Of a DNA stretch of 64,000 bases, positions 23,179 through 36,606 are shown piece after piece (positions within the stretch are counted from its first letter, which is position 1; the number at the start of each line of letters is the position of its first letter). The translations under genes and the position numbers were made by a program. The DNA is from Squalus acanthias (taxonomy: Eukaryota). The stretch is from positions 82,460,001 to 82,524,000 of the forward strand of contig CM059438.1 of assembly GCA_030390025.1 (NCBI GenBank), read 5' to 3'. Under the pieces are notes generated by a model. The model worked only from the letters and a program-made list of their open reading frames with translations. It searched no databases and had not been told where the DNA came from.

Positions 23179-25619
23179 TTCCTTAATCCCAGTAGTTTAA
23201 GTCTCTCTGATCAGCACACGTCTTAGATTTGCTGCCATTGCTCTTTAGATAGATGTTCCTATGAGGACCTAATGTCAGAAAATTTCACAGGCTAGTGGAA
23301 ATGGGGCATTAAGGAATACTGGTAAAGATGACTAGTAAATAAAATGTCTCAACACAACGTATACCCTTATTCATTTTGCATTTTAAAATCTTTAACTCAT
23401 CCACTAGCTCAGTGAATTAGTGCTGGTTCTTTCAGTTTGACAAGCACTTTGTGCAGTCAGGTGATGTGAATGATATTTCAAGCACACTTTATATATTTAT
23501 ATATTAACACTGTCCGTTGTGGTTAACAAATGAAACGGCTTAAAAACACAATTTTGCATATGGTTTTCCCAAAAGAAAAAAAAAGTCATAGGTAATCGAT
23601 CACTTAGTCATCAAGAAAGCCTACATAACAGGAAGCAAGTCGCTTTCACTCCAAGTGTGACATTTCCTGGCGCTAGGCTGTCGGCTAGAGCCAGTATTAA
23701 AAGCCTGCTGTCACTTGCTGTGAATTATACATTATTTGAATCCCTGGCATTTCATCTATTTTTCACTCTGAAATGAAATCAAGCACATGCTACACTACAT
23801 CAGGCAAAGAATGTAAATGTTAACACCTGTGCTGAACATCACAGAGAAAATCACCCTCAAGTATAAAAAAAAATCCGTAACAGCAACTAAATGTGTGTTG
23901 AACTTAGTACACAGCTTCCTATATGACAATCACACATCATCTCCATTAATACAATCATGATTTCAAAGGTTTAAAAGATCTACATTAAACTGGTATGTTA
24001 AACCCTTCATAAATCAAGATGTCACTGACAGAGCTGGTAGGGTGTATTCAGTAAGTTTACCGAAGAATTGCAAATTCTACACAACCTAATCTTTAAGCAT
24101 TGAAGCAGGACAGTAATTGTTCCACAATAAGTGCTTCTCAGTTTGGAACATGTATTCCTAGTGCAGAAAATGTTGGAAAACAGGGAATTTCTTGACCATT
24201 ATTACATCACTATGTCTGAAGCAGTATCACATGCCTTTAAAGCTAGATGATTTGCTTGCAACTAGTATTAGGAACTCTATAGAACCAGAAGGATAAAAGC
24301 ATATATCGTAAATTTAAAATCATAACTTCTTGTTAATAAACCTTTTAAGGAAGCTTGTAATACATACTATTTTCCAAACTCTTAGTACAAGGTTTCTAGC
24401 TTACAAGGCATCATGCCAATAGGGTGCACAGCACTCAAAATGTAACCTCCGTAGACTACAAACATATAGAACTATTTAAGCTTTCAGGTGTATTTTCTGT
24501 AGAAAACCCTTGTATTGGAGAATGGGGGTGGGGTGGGGGCAAACAAGATAGAAATGTGATGTGTCAACTGCAACTTAGCAGCCAGAGTCAACAGTTCCCA
24601 GGCAAGATTAATGTTTGTAAATACAGGTGCACTGTAACACTATCGATTCGGCAAGAGTGGGTAGTATTAGAGCCTCTAACATAACTTGAGTACATGCTGC
24701 GTTTATCACAGAATCTTTCAGTGATGGGTTGGTAATCAAGGGTAGTGCATGCAACCATCAGCCATCTTCTCAAATACACACTGGGGATTTACTAGAGTCA
24801 CATTTTTCTGCAATTGTTATTAGTGGAAGATTGCCAGCTCGTCTCCTAGGGACCTCAAGGTTCAATCAACGGTTTCAGCAAACAGCATTACAAAATTATA
24901 TGTTCTACAATTTGGGATTAAGAATGTATGTAACAATTAGGGACAATTGGATAATGATATCAAAAGATTTTTATTTTATTTGCTAGTTTTCTTAGTAAAA
25001 CAATTTGATGTAAAATAAGCTGCTCTTCCCCATACATCAACTTGTTTTTGGATTCATTTGTACAAATTTCTGAATATAAAACAAAGGATTTCATAGCTCA
25101 AGGTTTTCACTCTTAATAGAAATACCTTCTAAAATCACCATGCCATCAGAGAGAATCACGAGTAACCCTGAGGGACACTTATGGTATCATGATGTCACCC
25201 AAGCAACTATCCTTTCACATGAAGGGGTGTTCTTCCCTTATCCACCTCCTAAAAGATTTTCATAACGTGATAATATGGTAGCAAAAAAACACCACAAAAA
25301 ACATTTTATCTATAACTAATCATTTCCAATTGGGCCAAAATTAGGCTGATTGGAACTTGGCATGTGGAGAATCATTCCATTCATTTTTGCTCATTACGCT
25401 GCTGTGAAGGGCCTTGGGCCGTTTTCCTGCGCTAGATCAATGCAAGTTATTATTGTTGTTGAAAGCCATACAAGGTACATGCCCTGTGGAACACAAACAA
25501 CTGTCTAATTTTACAACTGATCTCTTCTTCTACATGGAGAGGAGAGTGCAGTTTGCATCCATACACTGGGATCCATGCTGCACTCCCGATGGAGGAAGAG
25601 TCAGACAGGACAGTGTAAT

Positions 25620-25960
25620 AGCAAAAGCAAAATACTGCGGAAATCGGAAATAAAAACAGAAAATGCTGGAAATACTCAGTGGATCAGGCAGCATCTGTGG
25701 AGAGAGAAACAGAGTTAATGTTTCAGGTCGATGACGTTTCATCAGAACTGGAAAAAGTTAAGATGGAAAAGGTTTTAAGCAAGTAGAGGCAGGGAATGGG
25801 GGGGAAAAGAACAAAAGGGAAGGTCTGTGATAGGGTGGAAGGCAGGAGATTAACTGACAAAAGGGATGATGGTGCAAGGCAAAAAGAGGGTGGTAAAGAT
25901 ACAAAAGATGGATCTAGAGGAGGTGTAAATGGCAATAGCAGAATCATTACCAACAGCTGC
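25620..25960 (-). mobile_element. Penelope family A 3' fragment with mutated hammerhead (25713-25749)
   Basis: Reverse complement of 2418-2746 plus extended tail. Core reads CUGAUGA-A-ACGUC(AUC)GACCU-GAAACAUU, with a helix II mismatch and ACGU>ACAU. Confidence 0.87.
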
Positions 25961-28900
25961 CCGGGAGGGATGAAAGTCAGGCTACTTTAGGGGGGGACTT
26001 CAGATGATGTCTAAGGATTACTCGAATCTAACATCACATGCAATGAGATTGATCAAACACCACAGTTTCGGTTTACCAAACCTGCAATTCTTTTGCTACA
26101 AGAACATATACAATTTCCAATTGAGATTTAGTAGATGCTGCGGATACTTAAGGATGGATGAAACGTCACACAAAGCGAGGCCATCGCTAAGCTCATTGCT
26201 GCACGCCTTCCTGGAACCCACAGCTCCCACCAACGAGTGGGAATCTGCTCCAATAGCCATGTTGTTAGTTTGAACCTCCTCTTCCAATGTCTACCACTCA
26301 TCTTTACTCCTTTTATATTCAACAAACCCCACAAGTTTGAATATTCTGTTCTCCAACTTCACTGTTCTCTCCTTCAGGTTCTATGGCTCAGAACGGATTA
26401 AATACCCCAACACCCATCTTCCTGGACCCACAAAATAGCAGAAATAGAATCCCATATTTTCTTAGCAGCCGAGGAAAACAGGAGCTCCTAAACCTTTGGG
26501 GCCAGAATATCTCTGGCAGGTGCACCGACGGTCTCAAAAATTTCCCTGCTGAATCTTGGGGAAAGAGGTGGTATGCCGAGGGAATAAAGGGTATAACATT
26601 CCTTCACCGCCTTTCTCAGCCAGATATTCCTAAAAAGAAATGCTGTCCTGAGCCAGCAATTGGTAATAATTTGCCCTGTGGATCGGATATGAAACCCAAA
26701 ATTCTCAGCTAAGCACGCATGTAAAGCAGAATCCCTAGGCTGCAGCCCATATCGATGTCTCCAGGCATATCTCTGTTGACCATAGACAACTCCAATCGTT
26801 TAGCAATGAGCTTTTAAATTATCCAAACTGAAAAGGGAACTGACCACGATGGCACGAAAATCTGCAGTAACTGTTGCACTTACTTTTACTACTTGCTTGT
26901 GTACAAATTTGATCCACTAGCCTAGATGCAATGCAATCCTCATCTAACAGATGCCCAGGATAGATAGATAGATAGAATAAATATGTATAGCTGCTTTCTC
27001 CGTTATGATACTTTTTAGGTTCTTGTTGTGAAGAATCAGTGCTTTTCCAAGTACAGGTGGTTTATCATGTATAGTCTGTTTGTATAATACCACTGAGGAA
27101 CCTTGAACTAGCAGGTACAAAGGGCATCTTAAGTTGTTGCTGGGACTATATCTTATCAGATCTTTTAGAAGCTGGGGCAAATGGACTTAACTTTTCCCAC
27201 TTCTCAAACTGCCCACATTGTGATTGGAAGAAAAAAATCTGTGAAATTAGGTGAATTACAAAAGGTCCACTGAATCCAGAATGGAGATCCAGTGAGAAGT
27301 ACTGGGATGTACAGACTTAATTTAGAGGCAATACAAGTATTACAGCCACGAAATGAAACAGGATTTAAACCTGGAGCACAAGGTGGAGGTTTCCTCCTCC
27401 TCTTCATGTATATGGCCTTCACCCTTTCAGATTCACGTTTGGTGACTTCAGATTCATGGAACTCATTAGCTGACTCAATACTATGAACTAGAAATTTCTG
27501 CTGAGATTATTTGAAGACTGAATATGGTGCATCAATCAATACCAGTGACATTGCGAACAAGTTGGTCCTACACAGGCTCTGCCAAAAGGGAAGCTAAATC
27601 TTGCATGGTTGAAATGATGGAGTTGAAACTTTCTTTTGGAGAGCTATAAATCCAACAATCTGCCCCATGCTTCTTAGAACAGTATCAATGGGAGTTACTA
27701 TTAGCTAAGGAAGACTCTTGGAATGATATTAGAGGCATGTTGCACCTCTGGTTTGGAGCAAAAAGACACTAGCAGAATGTCTGGTGCTATACTGATTGCA
27801 AATGTGCTGGTTGCAGTTTTTCTCCATTTAGATGATGGCTTGTTCATCTGTATGTGGAGGATAAGTGAATAAGGAAAAATAAATCCTTTCCATTCACTTG
27901 CATTGTGCAGAACTCCAAAGCTAAGCATAACATTTCTTGGGAGCAGTTCAATTATATTTTAGAGTTTGAGATTTCCTGACATATCTGCAGTATTTACATG
28001 CACTAAGGATCAAATCACATCCCAAACCTGCAAATTTTCCATTGGTTGTACGCATCAGGCCAAGTCAGTTGTGCTGACCCGTTTGTGCTGGGTTCCCCAA
28101 AATGGTAGGAAAAGGATAAAAGAAACAGGACTGTGCTATCAGCACTGTTTAGCAACTCTGCTAGCTGGCCATTTTTGGTTGACAACTACCCTGCTGAACA
28201 TTATGGGATTGGCACCTTTGGATTTGGTGATCATTCAATTATAGTTATCAAAATTGATCACTTCAACTGGATTTCACTGTAATACACACAAAAGATTCTT
28301 ACCCAAGATTATCTTAAATAAGATCATATATCCCTGTAGATAATGTTTTTAGGCTGAGGTGACTGCTTTTAAACTGATGAACCCTGACAAGATCACTTTG
28401 CCCTCAAGAGTGACCTCTTAGTTGACCAATCGAGAGTCTGACTGTACACTTTGATATATTACACCATTTCTATTTAATACCTTGTAGAATACCTCTATAA
28501 CCTTGAAAATACTTATTAAACAAAATTAAAAAGGAACACTGTCCTCCATTACAGAAGATACTATCTTTTATTAAACACAGAACATGTATAAATCACCTGT
28601 TTACATTTCAGTACCAATACTACTGATTATAGCACTGTAAGGCTGCACTCATCTTTATCTGATCCTATGTTTCTTTTTCATAGTCCAAATGCAAAGAGTT
28701 GACATATTTATACCTTTGCTTTCAGCACTAGTGACTTTGTTAATGCAGTAACAGAGCATATACAGTTGTTTATCACTGACCATGTAAAAGTATTCTTACA
28801 CATGTAATAGTAAAACCTTTAAAAACCACATAACTTCTGTTCTATGATTTTGCTTTGTTCAATTAAGTGTGTCTTTGGTTCCCATGCACATGAAGGTTAA

Positions 28901-31759
28901 GGTTAATTGAAGTTGAAGTTACTCTGTACCTTCCTTTTAAAAGCAGATGTGCGTTTGTGAGCATGCAGCATTATTTTTAAAACTGGGGTTAGTGTTAAAT
29001 TTACAATTAGCCTCCTAAATTTGAAATAATAATCCCAGTTTATACTGTAGTTGTCACAAATGTAGAGAATTGGAATGTAAAACCAGCTTTAAACCATACA
29101 AAGATAAAGAGCAATGTTAGGCAGTTCAATGGAACAACAGAATGCTGTCCCACATATTTATGAGTTTAATTTTCAACACGGTTTTGCTCCCCATCTCAGT
29201 TACATTGTGGGGAAGCGTTTTAAAAAAAAAACAAAAGCAGAGAGATTAATCTCCAGGCTGTCCTTGGGTATCTCCAAATGGCCTGTGGAAAGCAGCATGA
29301 TGATGTTTAAGAACAGAGTTCAGTAACCTACTTCAGTTGCGATGTAGTCTGGGAAACAAAAAGAAGAAAAAAATAACCTTTCCCTAAAAAAAGCAAAAAG
29401 GGTACCTTTGCCAAAATGCACTCCTGGTTCAGGAGCATAGAATTTCTTGAATTGAGAAATGAAAATGAAGTGCCAAGGGCTATACTGCAGGACATTACCA
29501 ACATTGAAAAGTGCAAGAGAAGTCCAGGCAAACCAGGAAATGATGACATCAACACATCAGAGATTGGGAAGAACACACAAGATGGTGTATTTGGAGCTTA
29601 GAAGAAACAGAAGGAGAAAGTTCAGAGAAACAGTAACCATAGCAGTATTGATAAAATAGAGAAAAATAAAGATTCCGACAGATCAAGGAACAGCTTGAAG
29701 GCTGGAGAAGGAATAAGGATCACATGACAGGTGTGGTAGAAATACTGCTGACCAACCTTATTTAAGTTTCTAACTGAATCAGAGGCTTCAGAGTTCTATT
29801 ATGAACACCAATTAAAAGATGAAGGTTTTTGTCGTCCTATTCCGAGTGGAAACTGGCTTTAAATGTGATTTCTCCATTTCATTAGGTGCATTTGTAAGAG
29901 AGAGTTCTTGAGAAAGGAACTTAACTTTGGCAGCAAAGACTAATGTCGTAAATTTCATCCCTCCATCCTAACCTTTATATAAACCAAAATTAAGCTCACC
30001 TCTAATCTACTGTACTGTTACGTTATAGTAAATACAAAAATAGCACTTACAGCTTTTCAATAGACATGCCAGACTAATAATTTGCATTTTCTACAGTGAT
30101 TAACTTGAATTAGTATTTCACTAAATTCAAATTCCACCCTAGGTACTATGTAACAAAACCCATCACTTGTATTTCATCTGTTGTAACACACTTAAACCTT
30201 GTGGCACTCCGGAGTCATGTTGTCAGCAGCATTCGGCGGTTATTTTGCGCCAACCATTGATCCCAACATGTACTTCCATAAGTACAGATGAAAGAATTTT
30301 TTTTTTTTTAATATGTTTTTTAAAATGCAAGCCATGAGTTGGAACTTTATAAACAATTTAGATAAATAAGCAAGAACACCACCCACACAATAACTCAGTT
30401 ATATTACTGTAATTGAATTACTATAATGATGTGCAGCTATTACCTGTAATTAAACAAATTGTCCACACCAACTCCCCAACTAAATTTACTGTATGAATTG
30501 AGTTTCCACTGTGTGCAACTCAGATTTGAAGTCTTATAACCAATTTTAATAAATTAACACTAATTTGCTTTGAATACCAATAACCAAATGATGTTAGAAA
30601 CTGACAAAGACAAAGGGTGCACTTAGAGTAGCTACCAGTTTAAGAGCCATATCTGTAGTTATTTCAACAGGGCAGAACTCTGTTTACACTGTTTGGGTCC
30701 TGCCTGGCTGGAATTTTAACTGTCCTGTTTCAGAGAGGTCTCTGTGCATGCCCGAACCCAAGAATATGCAGCGCTGACTCCAAAAATGTCAATGTTTAGA
30801 GGGTGGGAGGAATCTCTGCTTAAACATTTAAATTAAAGTTGGGTAGATTTACCAAGTGTCCAAAGGTTCCAATAGACCATCTAAGTACTTTGCAAACCAC
30901 ATTCGACACCACACTGGATTTGCACTCATTCCACTTTGCTCTCGACTCACGTTGGGCCCAAACTCTATTTTCACTGCCAGTTTAGCACCAGTGCAGAGCA
31001 GAAATTGCTTTCTAGCATTGTTAAGGCACCCTAAGTCACATGCTCCAAAAGTAATAAGTAACACTTCACAGATCCACATATCATCAGCAACAACCCTTCA
31101 GATCAATTTATAATAGGAGAAAAACCCACTGAAGCTCATCTGTTGACACTGCCATCATGGCATTCAACTGTTTTTGAACAACTCCAAGTTTCTTGCCTCT
31201 ATAATCTACTTTGATCACTTATTCCAAACATTTTTCACTCTTCGGTAAAGAAATCTTCCCTGACATCTTCTAAACATTGTCACCTGATCTTCATTGATAG
31301 CCTCTCTTCCTATTTTTATTGGCATATTTTAATGTAATAACTTGGGTCTACTTTATCTATAGATTTAATACTTTATTATACACTTAGACAAGACCCACAC
31401 ACCTCCCCATTCATAAGCTTTTTAAATCTTTTCTTGTAATCTTCACACTTGGGATCACACTTGCTGCTTTTTTCCACACTCTTTCTAATGTAAGCACTTT
31501 TTTTGTGGTATGGTGGCCAAAAACTGAACACAGGTTTTGAAGTCTTTGCATTGAAAAGCAGCAACATAACTTCTGCAGACTTGCATTCGACTATTCTGGC
31601 TATATGGTCTAACATTAAATTCATTTGTTAATAGCTTTGCTGCATTATCTGGACATTGAATGCAAGCAGTCTTGTACTGCACCCAGGTTGCTACGTCTCC
31701 TTGTACTAATTTAATTTATATATACTGAAGTTGCATACTTCTTTTCACTTGTATGTAAT

Positions 31760-32525
31760 GGCCTGGAATTTGCGGTCAGCAGCGAAGCAAAGACATTCGT
31801 GACTGGCCCCGAAGTACGCTCCGCACAAGGATCTCGCAATCCCTGTGTCTAGAATGTCTGGTTTTCCGACCTTGAATTCAATGGACTGTAATGGGGATCC
31901 CTTTGTTCGAACTGCTATGACGTCAACAGGCTGCCTAAGCAGCCAATCAAAAGGCAGAATTCTCTCAGACAGCGAACAAGGAAGTGTGTAAGCTGTTAAA
32001 ATTCTAACTTTTTGAAACAGTTAGCGAGAGCAAAACAAAGATCGGGGCTCTCGCATGGGGAAAGGCAAACCTGAAATAAAGATGGACAAACTTAAAAAAA
32101 AAAACGTTTTTTGAAAAAGTTTCTTAAAGTTTTTTAATTTTTATTAAAGTGGACAAATTTCACATTGCACAAAATCTAAAATTCGTTTTCCAGGCCCTTA
32201 ACATTTGTCTAACAGTCAATACGCTGTTAAAACCCCAGTTACACCTAATCCCTTTGGGTCTAACTTTTATTGGGGAATTTAACAGCGTAATTACTGCGGA
32301 AGAGCCGAAGTTTGTGTCAGTTCCAATGATTTGGCTGATTGCACAGATTGCCGGATCTGCGTGGGAGGGGGGTGGGGGACAGCGCAGCCTGTTTCGGAGT
32401 GGTCATTGACAGACCGCAACTTCGGGATTTCCACATGCGCCAAATCCCAAAGTTGTGGCCAGTTTCAAAGGTGGAATGATAGAACGTTGCCAGTTCGCCG
32501 GCATCCTGACCGCAAATTCCAGGCC
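31760..32525. mobile_element. MITE, PIF/Harbinger-like
   Basis: Perfect 20-bp TIRs GGCCTGGAATTTGCGGTCAG / CTGACCGCAAATTCCAGGCC; AT-rich 3-bp flanks (aat/att); non-coding. Confidence 0.85.
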
Positions 32526-32923
32526 ATTATTTTACATTTCTCAGCATCAATTTTTTACGTTTGCCCAATAACGTAACTGATTTAAACCCCATTGCCAATA
32601 ATCTGCTGCGTCTGCAGTCTCCACTGTCCTTTTAATTTTGTGTCATCGGCACATTTTTAAAGCTGATTTCGGTATCCATATCATTTATGTAGATTAGGAA
32701 CAGTAGGGCCCCAAGCACTGACCCTTTAACCCTTGTAGAACTTCACTTAGCTTTCCCTTCCCTCCATTTTGGTGTCATACCTCTCAGGAGTACTCTTGGT
32801 TTACCTATTTTTAACCCGTTACTTGTCAGCCTATATTCTTCCTTGAATTCTTGCGGCTTTCAGTTTAATTAAAAGTCTTTCACATAGCACTTGCAAAAAG
32901 CATTCCGACAGTCTAAATATATT

Positions 32924-33641
32924 GGGCCGGATATTCCGACCCCCACGGGTGCGTACGAGGTGTGTACGCACCCGTAGGGGCCTCGCAAGTGCCGGTTTCA
33001 GGCATGCGAAGCGCATGCACTAAAACCCGGCACTTCCGCTCTGTCAAGAATTCACTTGACAGATTGCACGCCTGCCCTGGAGAAGGGCCTCTGCGGGTGG
33101 AGTGTTCCGCTTTCTGCACAACCTCCGCCTGCTGAAAACCTTTAAAAATCTTACGCCTGGTAAAAGCAGCATAAGAGTTTTAAAAAATAAAAAAATATTC
33201 TTTTCCCCCCCCCACTCATTTATAATTAAAAAATACTTTAAAAAAGTTTATTTTTAGCCCTGTAAAAAACTTATTTTTTCAAAAAATTAAATGTTTAAAA
33301 TATTTAATTTAATGTAATTTTAAATATGACTTTTAAACATTTACTTAATGTTTAACTGTTTAAGTGATCCCATTCATACTTTTGACAGATTTATGCGTAG
33401 AGACCTGTCAAAAGTATGAAGGGGGATTCCCTTCTTTGATTGGTTCCCCATGGCCCATGTGATCCCAGGGTTGCTTGCGAACCGCCTGTGCCCCTGGGAT
33501 ACCTGGGCCTCTGCCCGCGTGGACCCGGAGAGGCCCAGGATCGCAAGTCTCGGGATCTACGGAGCCAGCAGGTAAGTGCGTAGATTTTTGCCAATTGGAG
33601 GCATCCGCACGCAGGAAGCCTCCGATCGGAAAATCCGGCCC
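32924..33641 (+). mobile_element. MITE, PIF/Harbinger-like, 3-bp TSD ATT
   Basis: TIRs GGGCCGGATATTCCGA / TCGGAAAATCCGGCCC flanked by ATT on both sides; CpG-rich arms, AT-rich centre; homologous to 53162-53889 (inverted). Confidence 0.87.
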
Positions 33642-34274
33642 ATTATTTTATGTCGTCTGCATATCTGCAGGATCCTCAAATAAGTTGAGGTGCTTTGTCA
33701 AGCAGGACCTAGCCCATCTAACCCTGTTGCTGGCAGTTTCTTATACTTATTAACTCAAGCCAGACTATTTCATTTTATCAATGGAAGAGACATGTCAAAC
33801 AGTAAATAAAAGGCTAAATTTAGTAGCAGTGTAAGGAGAAATGAACAGAATGAGTGATACTCTTCAACTTTCCTGAAAATTTCCCCTTCCTTCCCTTGAT
33901 GGAAGGGTTTTGCCTTCTGTTTGGCAACCCAGGTATCTCCAGCTGAGATCAAATAATTCACATTGTGGGGAATGTCAAGAGCAGGCCAGCACACAGACTT
34001 GCAGCAGAGTGACAATTTCAGTCAGTATGCATACATGCACAGTTCTCGGTCTCCGTACTGAATAAAGACTTTTAATTGAGCTGTGGACTGTACAAATTAC
34101 TATGCACACCTTTTAAGAACATAATAGGAGCAGGAGAAGGCCATTTGGCCCTTCGAGCCTCCTCCACCATTCAATAAGATCATGGCTGATCTTCTACCTC
34201 ATCTCCACTTTCCTGCACTATCCCATATCCCTTGATTCCCTTAATATCCAAAAATCTATCGATCTCTGTCTTGA

Positions 34275-34625
34275 CATCATGGCCGGTCTTCCCAGTTGTT
34301 TTTTTTAAAAAAAAGACTAGCACAAGAACCAACACAAATTGACAGGATATGCAGCCAGCAGGTGGTTTGACACGTTGGACCCCCTGGGACACATCTCATT
34401 GTCTTGGCTGTACTCTTAGTGTGTCTTTGATGTAGGGAAATATTTGAATAGATTTTGTCTGTGTTTAAATTGTGAATTCTGGGAGATTCTCTCACTGCTA
34501 ACTTACCTGAGGAAGGAGCGACAGCTCCGAAAGCTTGTAAAATTAAATAAATCTGTTGGACTATAACCTGGTGTTGTGCGACTTCTCATTTTTGTCCACC
34601 CCAGTCCAACGCCGGCATCTCCACA
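34275..34625 (+). mobile_element. Short Penelope-like insertion (family B) with hammerhead, 6-bp TSD, nested in CR1
   Basis: TCTTGA duplicated at 34269-34274 and 34626-34631; removing the insert restores a continuous CR1 (gatctctgtcttgaatatactcaac). Confidence 0.82.
34503..34540 (+). ncRNA. Minimal type I hammerhead ribozyme motif, core intact (family B)
   Basis: UUAC-CUGAGGA-A-GGAGC(GACA)GCUCC-GAA-AGCU-U-GUAA. Confidence 0.8.
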
Positions 34626-36078
34626 TCTTGAATATACTCAACAACTGAGCCTCCACAGCTCTCTGGGGTAGTGAATTCCAAAGATTCACCACCCTCAGTG
34701 AAGAAATTTCTCCTCATCTCAGTCCTAAATGGCCGACTCCTTATTCTGAGACTCTGACCCCTGGTTCTAGGCTCCCCAGCCAGGGGAAACACCCTCCCTG
34801 CATCTACCCTGTCAATCCCTGTAAGAATTTTGTATGTTTCAATGAGATCACCTCACATTCTTCTAAATTCTAGAGAATATAGGCCTAGTCTACTCAATCT
34901 CTCCTCACAGGACAATCTCCCCATCCCAGGAACCCGTCTGGTGAACCTTCGTTGCACTCCCTCTATGGCAAGTATATCCTTCCTTAGGTAAGGAGACCAA
35001 AACTATACATAATACTCCAGTTGTGGTCTCACCAAGGCCCTATATAATTGCAGTAAGACGTCTTTACTCTTATACTCAAATCCTCTTGTAATAAAGGCCA
35101 ACGTACCATTTGCTTTCCTAATTGCTTGTATGTTAACTTTCAGTGATTCATGTATGAGGACACCCAGGTCCCTCTGAACAACAACATTTCCCAATCTCTA
35201 ACCATTTAAAAAATACTCTGCTTTTCTTTTTTTCCTACCAAAGTGGATAACTTCACATTTCTCCACATTATACTCCATTTGCCATGTTCTTGCTCACTCA
35301 CGTAGCCTGTCTATATCCCCTTGAAGCCTCCTTGCATCCTCCTCACAACTTACATCCCCACCCAGCTTTGTATCATCAGCAAACTTGAATATATTACATT
35401 TGGTCCCCTCATCCAAAATCATTGATATAGATTGTGAATAGTTGAGGCCCAAGCACTGATCCTTGCGGTACCCCACCAGTTACAGCCTGCCAACCCGAAA
35501 ATGACCCGTTTATTCCTACTCTCTGTTTTCTGTCCGTTAACCAATCCTCAATGCATGCTAGTATATTACCCCCCAATCCCATGAGCCCTAATTTTGTTTA
35601 ATAACCTCTTGTGTGGCACCTTATCAAATGCCTTCTGAAAATCCAAATACACCACATCCACTGGTTCCCCCCTTATCTATTCTGCTAGTGACAACCTCAA
35701 AAAACTCTAATAGATTCATCAAACACGATTTCCCTTTCATAAATCGGTGGTGACTCTGCCCAATCCTATTATTATTTTCGCCCTTAATAATAGATTTTAG
35801 CATTTTCCCTACTACTGTTGTCAGGCTAACTGGTCTGTGGTTCCCCGTTTTCTCTCTTCCCTCCTTTCTTTCTTAATTAGTGGGGTTACATTTGCTACCT
35901 TCCAATCCGCGGGAACCGTTCTAGAATCTATGAAATTTTGGAACATGACAACGAATGCATCCACTATCTCTATACCCAACTCTTTCAAAACCCTAGGATG
36001 TAGGCCATCAGGTCCAGGGGATTTATCGGCTTTTAGTCCCATTAATTTCTCCAGTACTATTTTTTTTTTTTACTAATA

Positions 36079-36497
36079 CAGGAAACTTTCGTTTATCCGG
36101 CACCCAAATATCCGGAATTCTCGCTTAACCGGCAAAAATCATCCTCCGAAAACTCCTCTCAAATAACCGGCAATGTTGCCGAGTCGCAGTCGAGTCTCCG
36201 CGAACGCCGAGTGCTCCGAAAACTCCTCTCAAATAACCGGCAATGTTGCCGATCCCGAGTCCGAGTCCGCGAACGCCGATTTAGTCAGTAGGGGTACTTT
36301 TCAAAAGTGCCACTACTCGGCCACCTGGCGCTGTCGGAAGTCCGAAACACTGCAGTAGCAGGATTTGATTCTCCCGCGCTGCCTGGAGTCTCTTTGTTAA
36401 AAATAGCCTCGGTAGATATAACTCTCCGTTATCCGGTACTTTCGATAAACCGGCACCACGCCGGTCCCGTCGATGCCGGATAAACGAAAGTTTCCTG
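36079..36497. mobile_element. Tc1/mariner-pogo (Tigger-like) MITE nested in CR1
   Basis: Perfect 24-bp TIRs CAGGAAACTTTCGTTTATCCGGCA, TA TSD on both sides; internal 39-bp direct repeat at 36144-36182 and 36214-36252; CpG-rich. Confidence 0.92.
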
Positions 36498-36606
36498 TAC
36501 TAATTTATTTCAGTTCCTCATTCTTGCGAGACCCTTGGTTCTCCACTATTTCCGGGAAGTTTTTGGCGTCTTCTTCCGTGAACACCATAAACTTGGCGTT
36601 TGGCAT

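Larger units (their letters stand above)
31140..33990 (-). mobile_element. Old, degenerate CR1 LINE split by two MITE insertions
   Basis: Minus-strand remnants MLDHIARIVECKSAEVML (ORF 31376..31624), ADD/GSVLGP-like motifs near 32640-32725 and GRSCLT-like sequence near 33695-33730. Confidence 0.65.
34113..36590 (-). mobile_element. 5'-truncated CR1 LINE (HER1-like) with RT domain, carrying two nested insertions
   Basis: Minus ORF fragments KSPGPDGLHPRVLKE, ADWKVANVTP, FKFADDTKLGG, LYRALVRPQLEY, FPLAGEPRTRGQSL; canonical 3' end aaatggccttctcctgctcctattatgttctta. Confidence 0.95.

Noticed and set aside
29416-29601. ORF with EV..AI...K..PG.D.I pattern suggesting an old LINE RT fragment
   Set aside because: Too short and degenerate to support without a profile search.
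36144-36280. Direct repeats with intervening sequence, superficially CRISPR-like
   Set aside because: Only two units, the intervening parts are also similar, and it lies inside a eukaryotic MITE.
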